NCBI GenBank assembly: GCA_937960645.1
Contig: CALGPJ010000009.1
Location: 68,522-132,521 of the forward strand
Length of the DNA stretch: 64,000 bases
Source of the DNA: an uncultured Spirochaetia bacterium
GTDB lineage: Bacteria > Spirochaetota > Spirochaetia > JABEVK01
Reading direction: 5' to 3'
Shown: positions 30,558-40,879 of the stretch, piece after piece
Layout: each line of letters begins with the position of its first letter
Position numbering within the stretch: the first letter of the stretch is position 1
Translations under genes and position numbers: made by a program
Notes under the pieces: generated by a model
What the model was told of the DNA's origin: nothing
The model's database searches: none
What the model saw: only the letters and a program-made list of their open reading frames with translations

Positions 30558-32738
30558 CTAACGGGTAGACGCCGGGTTTTCGGTCGGTAAAACGAAGCCC
30601 GACAATTCCTGCTCGAGCTGCTTTCCCTGAGCCTTGAGATTTTCCGACATTTGCACCAGTTGACGGGCGATGCCCTTGGTGGCATCCGATCCCTGAGCGA
30701 GATGCACGATGTTTCGGCTCATTTCCTTGGCCCCATTGGACTGCTCGTTCACAGCGTTCTGGATGATGTCGAAGCTGTTGCGCAGGTTTTCGCTGAAATG
30801 CAGGAGCTCATGGAAGACCTTTCCCACCTCGTCGATGGCTGCGGCGATACCCATCACCGCAGTACTGACCGCTCCAATCTTTTCCCGGATGGATTGGATG
30901 GCAGCCTGCGAAGCTTGCCCGAGTTCCCCGATCTTTTCCGCGTCCCTGGTTCCTTTCTCGGTGATGCCGACGCCCTCCATCACCCCGTTACGCAGCTCTT
31001 CCAGAATATCCTGGATGTTGAGCACGGCTGCCTTGCTGTCGTCTGCCAGCTTTCTGATTTCCTCGGCGACTACCGAAAACCCCTTCCCGGCCTCCCCAGC
31101 GTGGGCGGCCTCGATGGCGGCATTCATGGCGAGAAGCCCCGTGTTGTCGGCAATCTGTTTGACCGTTGCCAGGATCTCGTCGATTTTCAGGGCCTGACGA
31201 CTGACCCCGCCCATGGTCTCGAAGGTCAAACTCATCTTTTCGGCGAGCTGGTTGGCCGTCTCCACGGATTGGGACAGGGTTGCCGCTCCCTCGGATGCCA
31301 CCTTTTCGGTAATCTCGGCCTGACCGATCACCTGCCGGGATTGTTCGGTGAGTTGGTTGATTTTGACGCCGATCTCCCGGATCTCCTGATTTTGTTTCAG
31401 GGTCATTTGGTACTGTTCGATCACCTTGTTCTCGACATGGTCGAGGGTCCGGGTGAACTCTTCCATGGTGCTGGAGATTTGCTCGAGGGAGCTGGCGTTT
31501 TCCAGGGTTTGGTTTCCCAGCATGCTGCCGGTGTCGTAGGTCTCGTTCGCGGATTTTTTGAGATCTTCTCCGATTCGCAGCAATTGGGCGATGATCCTAC
31601 CCAGGTTGAGGATGGTCTTGTTGGTGATCTCCGCCAGAAGGCCCAGTTCATCCCGGCTCAGGACGGGGATGACCAACGCCAGGTTTTTGGCCTCCATACG
31701 GCCAAAACCTTCATACACGGCGTTGAGCTGTTTGCGAAGGTTGCTCGCGACAATGATATTCAAAAGGATTGCCAGGGTGATCAAGACCAGGGCTGTCGCG
31801 AACATCAGGATCAGTGTTCGCACTCGGGCCGCGACTCGATCTTGAATGTCCTTAAAAACGGAGACTCCGGTTTCAAGGGCCAGATCGATGAGGGCGCCTG
31901 CCGACATCTCGATTCGTTTTCGGAATGTTTCGGTGGGTAAGTCATCGGGATTGTAGAGCACTTCGATCAATTCCAGAATAGAAGACTCGCGCTCCTGCCA
32001 AAATCGAGGCAAGCGCTCGGCATCGTGTCCAGGGTCCAGAATAGCCTCATGAATGGCATAATTCTCGAGCTGGCTTCGGATTTTGTTGTAGTACTCAGTG
32101 AACCAAAGACTAAAACTGTAGATTTCTCGATACAAGCCCGAATCGATGACGCCCGATCCCGTGTCCTCATTCAACACGAGGATGGCCAGGGACTCCAGCT
32201 TGGAAAGCACGTCCGGGATGAGACCCGAGTAGATTTGCAGCAAACTGTTGGTATGGGCTTCGGTATCTCTGCTAAACCCCGAGTTGACCGCCATTCGATG
32301 TTGAATTTCTTGCAAGGATAGAAATGCCTCGGTGTATGCCTGTCTCAGTTCGGAAACCGAATTGAAATTTTTGGAAATCGATAGCACGCGAGCCTCGAGT
32401 GTCTCCTTTCCAGAACCCTGGCCATCCTCTCCCAGGAGCCTCGAGAGGTTTCCTGCCTCTATTACCTCAAGACCTCGACGGAGTTTTTCGACAAGATCTG
32501 GGGACAAGGGACGCAATAAGCCGGAATTGGGGCGGCCAAGGGCGCTGTCCAGCACCGACTTCCGCAACCGATAAAGGGGGGAATAGAGTTCCAATCCGTC
32601 GAGCTCCCTCCTTGAATTATTCAAGTACTGTAGAGACTCCCCCAGCCAGAAAACCAGAAGCAGGCCCAGGGGGACCAGAAACCCCAGGGACGACAGGAAG
32701 AGTTTGAGCCGGATGCTGAAAATCCTGCGATGGGCCAT
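30558..32738 (-). CDS. Methyl-accepting chemotaxis protein (periplasmic sensor, HAMP, MCP signalling domain)
   Basis: Two TM segments; signalling domain motifs [34 protein letters not shown]. Confidence 0.85.
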   Translation of the reverse strand: MAHRRIFSIRLKLFLSSLGFLVPLGLLLVFWLGESLQYLNNSRRELDGLELYSPLYRLRKSVLDSALGRPNSGLLRPLSPDLVEKLRRGLEVIEAGNLSRLLGEDGQGSGKETLEARVLSISKNFNSVSELRQAYTEAFLSLQEIQHRMAVNSGFSRDTEAHTNSLLQIYSGLIPDVLSKLESLAILVLNEDTGSGVIDSGLYREIYSFSLWFTEYYNKIRSQLENYAIHEAILDPGHDAERLPRFWQERESSILELIEVLYNPDDLPTETFRKRIEMSAGALIDLALETGVSVFKDIQDRVAARVRTLILMFATALVLITLAILLNIIVASNLRKQLNAVYEGFGRMEAKNLALVIPVLSRDELGLLAEITNKTILNLGRIIAQLLRIGEDLKKSANETYDTGSMLGNQTLENASSLEQISSTMEEFTRTLDHVENKVIEQYQMTLKQNQEIREIGVKINQLTEQSRQVIGQAEITEKVASEGAATLSQSVETANQLAEKMSLTFETMGGVSRQALKIDEILATVKQIADNTGLLAMNAAIEAAHAGEAGKGFSVVAEEIRKLADDSKAAVLNIQDILEELRNGVMEGVGITEKGTRDAEKIGELGQASQAAIQSIREKIGAVSTAVMGIAAAIDEVGKVFHELLHFSENLRNSFDIIQNAVNEQSNGAKEMSRNIVHLAQGSDATKGIARQLVQMSENLKAQGKQLEQELSGFVLPTENPASTR

Positions 32739-32774
32739 CAGGACACTATAGCCCGCACCCCGTTTCGACGCAAC

Positions 32775-33857
32775 CTAGGGAGCCTCAAAATGTAACGTAA
32801 AAGCGCCCTGATCCGTGGTCACATTGAGGACATCGGGGCCGGCGGAGACGCTGGGCATCTTACGTAATTTAAATATGGAATACTCTCCGGTATTCAGATA
32901 AATGGGAAGGCTGCAGTCCAGATCGATCTTGCCATAGGCACTCGTGATCGATAAAACCGTTAACCCTCCCTGGCCGGTGTTGACAAAAAGGTGATCCCGA
33001 AACACAAGCGGCAGTGGAACGGCCAGACTGTCGCTCACAAAGTATTGACTGTCGTTCCGATCGACGATCTTCAGGATGGGAGAGGCGGGGAGTACATTTC
33101 CCTCAATGTTGACCGAAAGCGACGGATGATTGCTGCTGGTCACCGTCAGGACCCCCGTCACCAGACCGCTGGCGGTTCCGGCGGGAAATTGGATGCGAAA
33201 TTCGGGGCTGGTCTGGCCGCTCAGGATCGTGATGTTCGTAAAAGAACCGTGAATCACGAAGTCGGCTGCGAAAAAACTGAGACTGACCTGGGTGGCTGTC
33301 ATGTTCCCCTTGTTGAGAACTCGAAAGGGAACCTGCCAGGAATTGAAGTCGGCAGAGCGGTCCCCGCCGAATTGAAAAGTGTTGAGGTGATGATAGGTCA
33401 CGTAGCGGTCGTTCTTTCCCTGGATGACGACCAAATTGGGGCTGAGGCTTCCCGGTGGTTCCACGGTTCCCCTCAGGTCAACCCGGTAGGCACCGCGCGA
33501 AGTCCCGATCACGAGCTGAGCATGGTGGTTTCCCAGGGTGGTAGAATCGATGGAGATATGCATACCGAGACCTTGAGCAGGGGCCAAAGTCTGGGGCAAG
33601 GAGATCGACCCCGGAAGGAAACCACTCCCCTCCAAATCGACGGATTGGACGATGAGCTCGCGCTTGCCCTCGTTGGTGAAGCTCAAGTTTTGCTGGAGCA
33701 CGGTGTTGAGCTCGATGCTTCCAAAGTCAAGTCCCGAGGCCGGCTGAAAAACCAATCGCCCAGGGGGAAGATAGTTGGGCGAATAGGGATCCCAGCTGCT
33801 GTCCAGGGGATAGCAACCCAAAAGGATGAGAATGACCCCAAATACCCAAACCTTCAT
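32775..33857 (-). CDS. Hypothetical lipoprotein, beta-rich
   Basis: Signal peptide with lipobox ILLGCYP; 360 aa; no catalytic motifs. Confidence 0.5.
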   Translation of the reverse strand: MKVWVFGVILILLGCYPLDSSWDPYSPNYLPPGRLVFQPASGLDFGSIELNTVLQQNLSFTNEGKRELIVQSVDLEGSGFLPGSISLPQTLAPAQGLGMHISIDSTTLGNHHAQLVIGTSRGAYRVDLRGTVEPPGSLSPNLVVIQGKNDRYVTYHHLNTFQFGGDRSADFNSWQVPFRVLNKGNMTATQVSLSFFAADFVIHGSFTNITILSGQTSPEFRIQFPAGTASGLVTGVLTVTSSNHPSLSVNIEGNVLPASPILKIVDRNDSQYFVSDSLAVPLPLVFRDHLFVNTGQGGLTVLSITSAYGKIDLDCSLPIYLNTGEYSIFKLRKMPSVSAGPDVLNVTTDQGAFTLHFEAP

Positions 33858-33883
33858 GATTCTATCTTATCAGCAATCTGGCA

Positions 33884-35890
33884 TCAGGGGAAGTCTCGAG
33901 GGGGCTCGCGGGCCGAAAGTTCGCTTTCCAGTCGCAGTTTTCGTTTTCGCACCTCCTCGAGGGCACCGGCCTCACGAAAATCCTCCCATAGGAGCCAACC
34001 TCCGCCCAGGACCCCGGCCCCGCCCAGGATGCCTGCTGTCCAGGAGAGGGTGCTGTAGAGCGTGAGGGGCAGCCTCAGTTCTGCCACGGATTCGTTCTCG
34101 GTCGATTGGTACACCTGGTAGAGCTGGTTTCCGGAATAAATACTCCAGGCCATGATGCCTAGAAGGAGGGCGCCCGACCCGAGTCCCACACCTCCCTGCC
34201 AAAACCGGGATTCCTGTACGGAATCAGCCTTTTCCCTGAGTGTCAACTCGGCAAGGGCGGTTCGCAGTGTTTCTTCTTCGAGCTGTCGCGATCGGCGGCG
34301 GCTTTCAAGCTCCTGTACGATCTCCGGGGACAGGGCCTTCCTGATTTCCTCGAAATTTGCCAACCAGGGAGATCGTATCCAGTAGCCCCGGTCGAGATAG
34401 CGCACCAGGGATTCCTCGTGCCGGCTGGCCACCGTGACCGGCGCCGGCGGTTCAACGGAAATTGCCGAGATCGCCGCAAGCCCATCGTCCTCGATTTCTT
34501 CTACAGGGGGCGGTGCCGGAAGAGGTAATGAAACCACGGCTGCCTCCAGGCGAGGAGGACGGCTCACCAGCCGGCGCTCGCCCGGTACAAAGGGACCGAA
34601 AACTTCCTGGCTCTCTCGTTCCCATTGAATCAAGAAGGGCCCCGGATGGGCTCCTACATCGATGACCAGCGGTGTCATTCCCAGGAAAACGCCGTTGTGG
34701 TAAACACGGCCGGGAAGGGGCTCGCTTACGAGAACAAACCACGATACCGGGGATTCCGAGCTGGGAGAGGGTGCTTCCTGTTGACGACTCAAAGAGCGCA
34801 GGGCCGCCACGAAGGAATCATCCCCATTCCGAACCAGTATCTCTTCCTGCGCGGCGGCCTTTTCCGGCCGAGGCAACAGGACGCGATGCAAAAACACCAG
34901 ACGGCGTCTGGCTTCCTGAGAACCGGGGCCATCGGGATCCAGAAGGAGAAGCTGTTCCAGGCTCGCCTCGGCCGCAGCATATTCGCCGGACTGCTCGGCA
35001 ATCTCTGCCAGAACCCGAAGGGCGCTCACCTTGTCTTCTAAGGAGGCCGAACCGGCCAGGGTCTGTTGCGCCAGCTCTCGGGCCTTATCGAACTCCAACC
35101 GACGGACGTGTTCGCGCGCCCGTGCCGCTACGCTCCCCTCTACAGGCCTTTGGCGTAGAAGCAGAAAACGCCGAGCTGCCCCCCGCAGGCGGCTGCCCAC
35201 CGTGGCTTCTTCGGTGCCGGGATTTTCCCGTTCCAGCTTTTCCAGCAACGAAATCGCTTCCTGAAGGCGGCCCTGCATCAGCACACAAAAGGCCAGATGC
35301 AGTTCAAGGGGTGGGCGCAGGTAGGGGTCTTCCTCGATTTGCAGCAACTCGCGATAAATCAGCTCAGCATCTCGAAAACGCCTCAGCCGTTCCCTCAGGT
35401 AGGCTTCCTCCAAACGTCGCTGGCTCGCCGATGACTGTTCGACCCGGAGGGGGGCTTTTCCTAAAAGATTTCGCGCCGCATTGACGACCACGAGGGCAAA
35501 GGTGTTTTTGGGACCTGACTCTGGTTCGTTTTTTGTGTTTTGCAGCATCTTTTCCAAACGCGCCTCGACATAGAGCTGATCGGCGGAAGCATGGTTTTCG
35601 GCAAAACGCTCCAAAAGCAGGTCCATTCTTCCCAACATGAAAAGGTTTTGGTCGGAAACAGTCTCCAGCCGCACCGCTCGCAACGAGGTATTCACCTCCC
35701 CTTCCCGAAGCTCACGGAGCTCGGTGTTGAGCCAGACGGTGCTCGCCAGAAGTCCGGTAACGAGCACCAGGTACAGCGGAGCACGTCCAAGACTACGAAT
35801 CCTCGCCACGTAGGTCCTCTGCGTAGGAGGAACCCTCTTTGGCCTTGGCGAGCTTTTTGATCTGGGCCGCGGCCTGGACGAGTTGGCCAT
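33884..35890 (-). CDS. Membrane protein with TPR-like repeats and a PEGA-like domain
   Basis: N-terminal TM, helical repeat region, PEGA-like VYHNGVFLGMTPLVIDVGAHPGPFLIQWE, C-terminal TM segments. The first ATG overlaps the upstream gene by ~98 nt; an alternative GTG at 35812 with an AGAGGA SD is plausible. Confidence 0.5.
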   Translation of the reverse strand: MANSSRPRPRSKSSPRPKRVPPTQRTYVARIRSLGRAPLYLVLVTGLLASTVWLNTELRELREGEVNTSLRAVRLETVSDQNLFMLGRMDLLLERFAENHASADQLYVEARLEKMLQNTKNEPESGPKNTFALVVVNAARNLLGKAPLRVEQSSASQRRLEEAYLRERLRRFRDAELIYRELLQIEEDPYLRPPLELHLAFCVLMQGRLQEAISLLEKLERENPGTEEATVGSRLRGAARRFLLLRQRPVEGSVAARAREHVRRLEFDKARELAQQTLAGSASLEDKVSALRVLAEIAEQSGEYAAAEASLEQLLLLDPDGPGSQEARRRLVFLHRVLLPRPEKAAAQEEILVRNGDDSFVAALRSLSRQQEAPSPSSESPVSWFVLVSEPLPGRVYHNGVFLGMTPLVIDVGAHPGPFLIQWERESQEVFGPFVPGERRLVSRPPRLEAAVVSLPLPAPPPVEEIEDDGLAAISAISVEPPAPVTVASRHEESLVRYLDRGYWIRSPWLANFEEIRKALSPEIVQELESRRRSRQLEEETLRTALAELTLREKADSVQESRFWQGGVGLGSGALLLGIMAWSIYSGNQLYQVYQSTENESVAELRLPLTLYSTLSWTAGILGGAGVLGGGWLLWEDFREAGALEEVRKRKLRLESELSAREPPRDFP

Positions 35891-37103
35891 GGTGGGTGTA
35901 GGGGCGCCAACGGTTACTCACCACCGCCACCGAAATCGTCATCAGGGGAAAACGGGCCGGGGTTCCTTGACGGGTCACACTTTCAATATACCCGACTTTG
36001 GCGTCGTGCGGGGAATAAAACCGGGATATTTGTGAATCGAACTTTTGAATGAAGAGTTCGACATATTCCTTCCATCGCGAATAATCGATAACCACTACAT
36101 AATCGTCCCCGCCTTCGTGCCCGAGGAAGATCGAATGATCCCGGATCTCCTCTTTCGCCTGCATCAGGCAGTCCCGCACGAAGAGGATCACCTCGTCCCC
36201 TTTGGCAAAACCGTACTTGTCGTTGTAAGCCTTGAAATGGTCCAGGTCCATGTACAAGACAGCAAAGATCTGTCCGGCAGTCAATCTCGAGTCGATCTCC
36301 TGGACGATCCTTCGGTTGCCGGGCAGCCCCGAAAGAGGATTGGCTCCTCGGGCCTCGTCGTGCATTCGTGCGATCGCCGCCCCCATTTCGTTGAAGGACT
36401 GGGCCAACTCTCCGATTTCGTCGTTTTGATGGATACGTACACGGACCTCCAGATTACCCGCCTGGATGGTTCGGGTTGCCTGCACCAGGAAGCCCAGGGG
36501 CCGAAAGATCTTGACGAACAAATACAGCGCGAAACCACCGTTGACCAGGATTACCAGGATGATGACGAGGACCACCTGACGGTAGAGGCGGTTCATCCAC
36601 TCGCCGATATCCTCCATTTCCAGCTGAAACCGAAGTACCCCGAAGCTCACCGTGGTCAGCGGAAAACTCAGAAAAACCCGCAGGGCGCGCTCCTCCAGTT
36701 TTTGCACGATGGCCTTGCCCTCGAAGGCGCGGCGGGTCAGAACCTCGTTGATTTCCTGGAACTCGGCCTCTGTGGCCCACCCTCCCGGCTGCCCAGACAA
36801 CGCATCCAACAGGACCTCCCCGTTTTCGGAAAAAAGTCGGTAATTGGCCAGGTTCTGTTCCCGCAATTTCTGACGAAGGACCTCCAGATTGTTTGCCCAA
36901 TTGGGATATTCATCGAGGACACCCTGAAGAGAGGTAAGAATCTGGCGCGATTTGTCCTGGGTTTTCAGCACGGCATTTTGAACGATGAGGTCGGTCTGGT
37001 TTTCAAAAATCAGCACGACGAACACGGCGATCAGCGCGAGTGTCATCGCGATGTACATCAGACCGGTGCGAAACGCCAGACTGTTCAACAGTGTTCGGAT
37101 CAC
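35793..37103 (-). CDS. HAMP-GGDEF domain membrane protein (non-canonical GGDDY motif)
   Basis: N-terminal TM, HAMP, then LYMDLDHFKAYNDKYGFAKGDEVIL...FLGHEGGDDYVVVI. Confidence 0.75.
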   Translation of the reverse strand: MIRTLLNSLAFRTGLMYIAMTLALIAVFVVLIFENQTDLIVQNAVLKTQDKSRQILTSLQGVLDEYPNWANNLEVLRQKLREQNLANYRLFSENGEVLLDALSGQPGGWATEAEFQEINEVLTRRAFEGKAIVQKLEERALRVFLSFPLTTVSFGVLRFQLEMEDIGEWMNRLYRQVVLVIILVILVNGGFALYLFVKIFRPLGFLVQATRTIQAGNLEVRVRIHQNDEIGELAQSFNEMGAAIARMHDEARGANPLSGLPGNRRIVQEIDSRLTAGQIFAVLYMDLDHFKAYNDKYGFAKGDEVILFVRDCLMQAKEEIRDHSIFLGHEGGDDYVVVIDYSRWKEYVELFIQKFDSQISRFYSPHDAKVGYIESVTRQGTPARFPLMTISVAVVSNRWRPYTHHGQLVQAAAQIKKLAKAKEGSSYAEDLRGEDS

Positions 37104-37106
37104 GCC

Positions 37107-38114
37107 TTACCTCTCGAGGGGCTGGCCGAGTTGTTCCAGAAGATAATCCAGAAGGGGCTGAAAGGCTTCCTCGTATCGATGAAAATCGGCCAGGGTCACA
37201 TGGCCCATGCCACTCTGCCAGAAAACCCGATTGTTGGGAAATCCCCGGGCGACCAGGGGCAGGTTGTGGCGGAAATCCACCACCTGATCCTGCCAATCCT
37301 GGTGGAGCAGGACGGGGATATCGGGCCGGGGCTTAAAATCAAGACGGGATTCCCAACGGCCCAGGGCCAGAACCCAGGATACCGGAACGTTGTAGATGCC
37401 AACGAGGGGGTCAGGACTTACCAGGGGCTGCAGGCTCCTGAGCCACCACTGGTTCCACCAGGCCAGCCCCTGCCCCACCTCCCAGTACACGTGGCGGATC
37501 AGCGGTGCGCTCAAAATCAGATAGTCCCAGGGAAGTTCCCGGGTGCGGGACATTTCGATCACCGCGGAGGCACCGGTCGAATGCCCCAGCACGACCCAGG
37601 GTCGGGGCAGCAACGCGGATATTTCCTTTAGAGCCTCCAGCCAGGCGTTCAGGGCCTGGGTGTAATCCGAAAACTCGCCGATTCCGGCCCTCTCCCCGCT
37701 CGAAAGGCCGTGGCCAGGAAGGTCGAGGGCCGTGACCGACCACCCCTCGGCCAGCATCACCCGGATGATTCCGGAAAAGTTCCCCAGGCTGGCCAGGTAA
37801 CCATGCAAGACGAACAAGGTTCCGCGCGATGGTCCCGGGGGCAAAAACACCGCCGAGAACACGTCCCCCAGGGGATATTCGATCAAACGAAAGGCAGCAC
37901 GGTTTTTCCCTCCCCAGGGATGCACCACTTCACGAAATTTCCAGTGGACCACGTACTCTTCCAAAAAGGGTGGCATCGGGGCGTCGAGGTCCCGTATATC
38001 CCAGGCGCCAGTCGCGATTTCCCGCCTCAGCCCCATTCGGAAATCGAGGGTGGGATCGGGGGCGAGGGCACAACCGATCATCAAAAAACCGATGCAACCA
38101 TAAAACGATCGCAT
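37107..38114 (-). CDS. Alpha/beta-hydrolase-fold lipoprotein (lysophospholipase-like)
   Basis: Start ATG at 38114 overlapping upstream stop (ATGA); lipobox LMIGCAL; nucleophile elbow VLGHSTGAS. Confidence 0.65.
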   Translation of the reverse strand: MRSFYGCIGFLMIGCALAPDPTLDFRMGLRREIATGAWDIRDLDAPMPPFLEEYVVHWKFREVVHPWGGKNRAAFRLIEYPLGDVFSAVFLPPGPSRGTLFVLHGYLASLGNFSGIIRVMLAEGWSVTALDLPGHGLSSGERAGIGEFSDYTQALNAWLEALKEISALLPRPWVVLGHSTGASAVIEMSRTRELPWDYLILSAPLIRHVYWEVGQGLAWWNQWWLRSLQPLVSPDPLVGIYNVPVSWVLALGRWESRLDFKPRPDIPVLLHQDWQDQVVDFRHNLPLVARGFPNNRVFWQSGMGHVTLADFHRYEEAFQPLLDYLLEQLGQPLER

Positions 38115-39553
38115 CAGCCCTGGTTCCCCAAGGCGAACTTGTGAAAATCCTCGGCGGGAAGGGGCTTGCTGAAATAGTATCCCTGAAAAACCCGGCATCC
38201 GTTTTCGTAGAGCCATTTGACCTGCTCCCAACGTTCCACTCCCTCGACGATGATGCCCTTTTTCATTTGACGCGCCATCCCGATGATGGCCCGCACCGGT
38301 GCTGCGGAATTGACCTCTCCTGGAAGGTCATCGACGAAGCTCTTGTCGATCTTGATGATGGAGATGGCCAGGGTTCGAAGATAGCTCAAACTGGAATAAC
38401 CGGTACCGAAGTCATCCAGCATGATATGAAAGCCCATCCGCAGGAGGTTTTCGATCTTCTTGGCGCTCTCCGCCACGTTCTGCATGAGGGCACCTTCGGT
38501 GATCTCCAGCTTCACGTTGTGGTGGGGTATTCCGAGACGCTTGCAGAGTCGGATCGTATCGTGAATGATGTCCTCCTGGGTGAACTGGCGGGTGGAAAGG
38601 TTAATGCCCATTTGTAGAGACGAGAGCCCGATTTTCTGCCACTCGCCCAATTCCTGCAGGGACCTTCGTAGAATCCAGGCCCCTAAGGGGACGATCAGCC
38701 CCGTCTCCTCCGCAATCGGAACAAATTTTCCCGGAGAAAGAAAGCCCATACTGGGATGTTTCCAGCGGATGAGGGCTTCGGCTCCTGTGACCCGAAACTT
38801 TCCGGTTTCCGGATCCAGGAGTTCCACCTGGGGTTGGTAGTACATTTGAAACTGGGAATGCTTTAGATCCGAGGCGCTTTGAAGGGCCTGGAGCAAGCCA
38901 TTTTGAATCTCGATGCGCTCCATCTGTTCCATGCGAAGGCTGGGAGTGAATGTAAACACCGACACCTGTTGGCGAACAGCCACACTGAGCGCGATGTCGG
39001 TGCTTCGCAGAATCTCGGACTTGGTGTCGCCGTCTCTGGGATAGAGGGCCACTCCCAAATTGACTCGGATGGAGATATTGTATCCCCCGAGCACGTGCGA
39101 TTTTTCGGTATCGCGAACCAGCCGCTGAAGGGTCTGGTTGAACGTGGCCGAATCGGAAATATCGAAAAGTACGATCAAAAATTCATCGTCCCGGGTGTGG
39201 TACACCTTGCCGCGATTTTCGATCACTGACTGGATGCGGACTCCGGTCTGGTACAAAATCCATTCGGGTATCTTGCTGGAAAAGGTGCGGCGAACCAGGT
39301 TGAAAATTTCGTTGAGTTTCAGGAAACAAAGCGCTTTAGGCCGGTCATCTCTTTTCAGAATCTCGTGCAGCTGGGTTTGCATCACCACACCGTTCGGCAA
39401 ACCGGAATCGGGGTTGGTGACCAGTTGCTTGGCTAACCGCCGCCGCTCGTTAAGAATGACGTTGTACCTTTCGCGCAAAAGCTTAAATTTCTGCACGAGC
39501 CGTTGGTACTTGACCTGAGTTTCCAGCTTTTCAGACTGGTTCAACAGACCCAA
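38114..39553 (-). CDS. c-di-GMP phosphodiesterase: degenerate GGDEF + intact EAL domain
   Basis: EAL motifs EALIRW, DDFGTGYSSL, KIDKSFV, EGVE. The GGDEF position reads GGYNI (degenerate). Confidence 0.8.
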   Translation of the reverse strand: MGLLNQSEKLETQVKYQRLVQKFKLLRERYNVILNERRRLAKQLVTNPDSGLPNGVVMQTQLHEILKRDDRPKALCFLKLNEIFNLVRRTFSSKIPEWILYQTGVRIQSVIENRGKVYHTRDDEFLIVLFDISDSATFNQTLQRLVRDTEKSHVLGGYNISIRVNLGVALYPRDGDTKSEILRSTDIALSVAVRQQVSVFTFTPSLRMEQMERIEIQNGLLQALQSASDLKHSQFQMYYQPQVELLDPETGKFRVTGAEALIRWKHPSMGFLSPGKFVPIAEETGLIVPLGAWILRRSLQELGEWQKIGLSSLQMGINLSTRQFTQEDIIHDTIRLCKRLGIPHHNVKLEITEGALMQNVAESAKKIENLLRMGFHIMLDDFGTGYSSLSYLRTLAISIIKIDKSFVDDLPGEVNSAAPVRAIIGMARQMKKGIIVEGVERWEQVKWLYENGCRVFQGYYFSKPLPAEDFHKFALGNQG

Positions 39554-39565
39554 GGAGGTTCCCGC

Positions 39566-40786
39566 CTAATGATCATTCGAGTTTTCCAACAAGTCACTCA
39601 CGAAGGGCGGCAGGGCAAAGGATGCCCGATGAACGTCTGGGGTGTAATAATGCGTTTTGATCGCCAGATTCTGCCATCTCTCGGGATCGAATTCCATCGG
39701 ATGGCGGGAATCGGAAGCGAAACCCAAAAGCCAGTGGCCGCTTTCATAGGTGGGGATGAACATCTGGTAGACACTATGGTGTTTGAAGACCGAACGCAGT
39801 TTTGCTGCAGCGCGTTGGAGCTCCCGGGCCTGTTTGGGGTAGTAGGGACTTTCGCTTTGGTTGATGAGCACCCCCCCAGGTTTGAGGACCCTTCGACAGT
39901 CCTGATAAAACCGCTGACTGAAAAGCCCCTCGCCCGGTCCGATTGGATCGGTGCTGTCAATCAAAATCACATCGAACGATGCCTCGGGCGCCTGGGCCAT
40001 GTAGCGCACCCCATCCTCGATGAGCAGCTCCACACGGGGATCGGCATATCCTCGGGACAACTCGGGGAAGTACTGCCGAGCAGCATTCACGACAACCTCG
40101 TCGATCTCCACCTCCACGATCCGCTGAAGCTGAGGGTACCGGCACAACTCGGTGACCGTTCCGCCGTCCCCACCGCCAATGACGAGGACGTCCCGGGCAT
40201 CGGGACAGACAGACAGGGGAACGTGAACCATCATCTCGTGATACACGAAGGCATCCTTTTCGGTCACCATGATGAGGTCATCGATCAACAAAACCCGCCC
40301 GTAATCCAGGGTGGCGACTACGGCCACCTTTTGGAAAGGGCTGCGTGCCTCAAAGAGATTTTCGATCACCTCAAAACCAAAAACCGTGTGCGGTGTGTTG
40401 TATTGAAAGTGCCAATGGGAAAAGTCTGTCCCTTCCCGATCCTGAAAGTAATTTTGGATTTTTTTCAACTTTTTTTTGACGAGGTGTTCCAGGGCCCGCG
40501 GCAGATCATGGTCGGTGAGGGTCCGATCGATGCTGGCAGACAGAGCGGCAAAGTCGACCTCTGCCGTACTGTCCTGTTGGGCTTGGGCTTCGATATCGTG
40601 CAAGAGGCTTTTGACTCCCTCGATTTCCGCCCGAAGGGTTGCCGCATTTTCTTCGTAGACCCGGTCAGTCAGGACCTGACTTCGGTGACGTTCCTCGAGG
40701 CTATCCAGAACCAGTTTCAGGTCCTCATAAAGATCGTCCAATTCAAGATGCAGCAGCTCAAAGATGACATGGCTTTTTTCGTTCAT
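39566..40786 (-). CDS. speE: Polyamine aminopropyltransferase (spermidine synthase) with ~115-aa N-terminal helical extension
   Basis: SpeE beta-hairpin/tetramerisation and Rossmann motifs (VLVIGGGDGG, DVILIDSTDPIGPGEGLF) preceded by a charged helical N-terminal region. Confidence 0.8.
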   Translation of the reverse strand: MNEKSHVIFELLHLELDDLYEDLKLVLDSLEERHRSQVLTDRVYEENAATLRAEIEGVKSLLHDIEAQAQQDSTAEVDFAALSASIDRTLTDHDLPRALEHLVKKKLKKIQNYFQDREGTDFSHWHFQYNTPHTVFGFEVIENLFEARSPFQKVAVVATLDYGRVLLIDDLIMVTEKDAFVYHEMMVHVPLSVCPDARDVLVIGGGDGGTVTELCRYPQLQRIVEVEIDEVVVNAARQYFPELSRGYADPRVELLIEDGVRYMAQAPEASFDVILIDSTDPIGPGEGLFSQRFYQDCRRVLKPGGVLINQSESPYYPKQARELQRAAAKLRSVFKHHSVYQMFIPTYESGHWLLGFASDSRHPMEFDPERWQNLAIKTHYYTPDVHRASFALPPFVSDLLENSNDH

Positions 40787-40831
40787 GATTCTCTGAATAC
40801 CAGTTTACGATTAAAACTTCAAAGTTTCAAC

Positions 40832-40861
40832 AAAAAAAGCCGCCCCATCGGCGGCTTTTTC
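40832..40861. terminator. Rho-independent terminator (7-bp GC stem AGCCGCC/GGCGGCT, A-run and T-run flanks; bidirectional) downstream of flaA
   Basis: aaaaaaAGCCGCCccatcGGCGGCTtttt, 19 nt after the flaA stop. Confidence 0.7.
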
Positions 40862-40879
40862 ATTCGGGCTACGCAGAGA

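Noticed and set aside
36045-37631. 528-aa plus-strand ORF
   Set aside because: Antisense to the HAMP-GGDEF and hydrolase genes, which have clear motifs.
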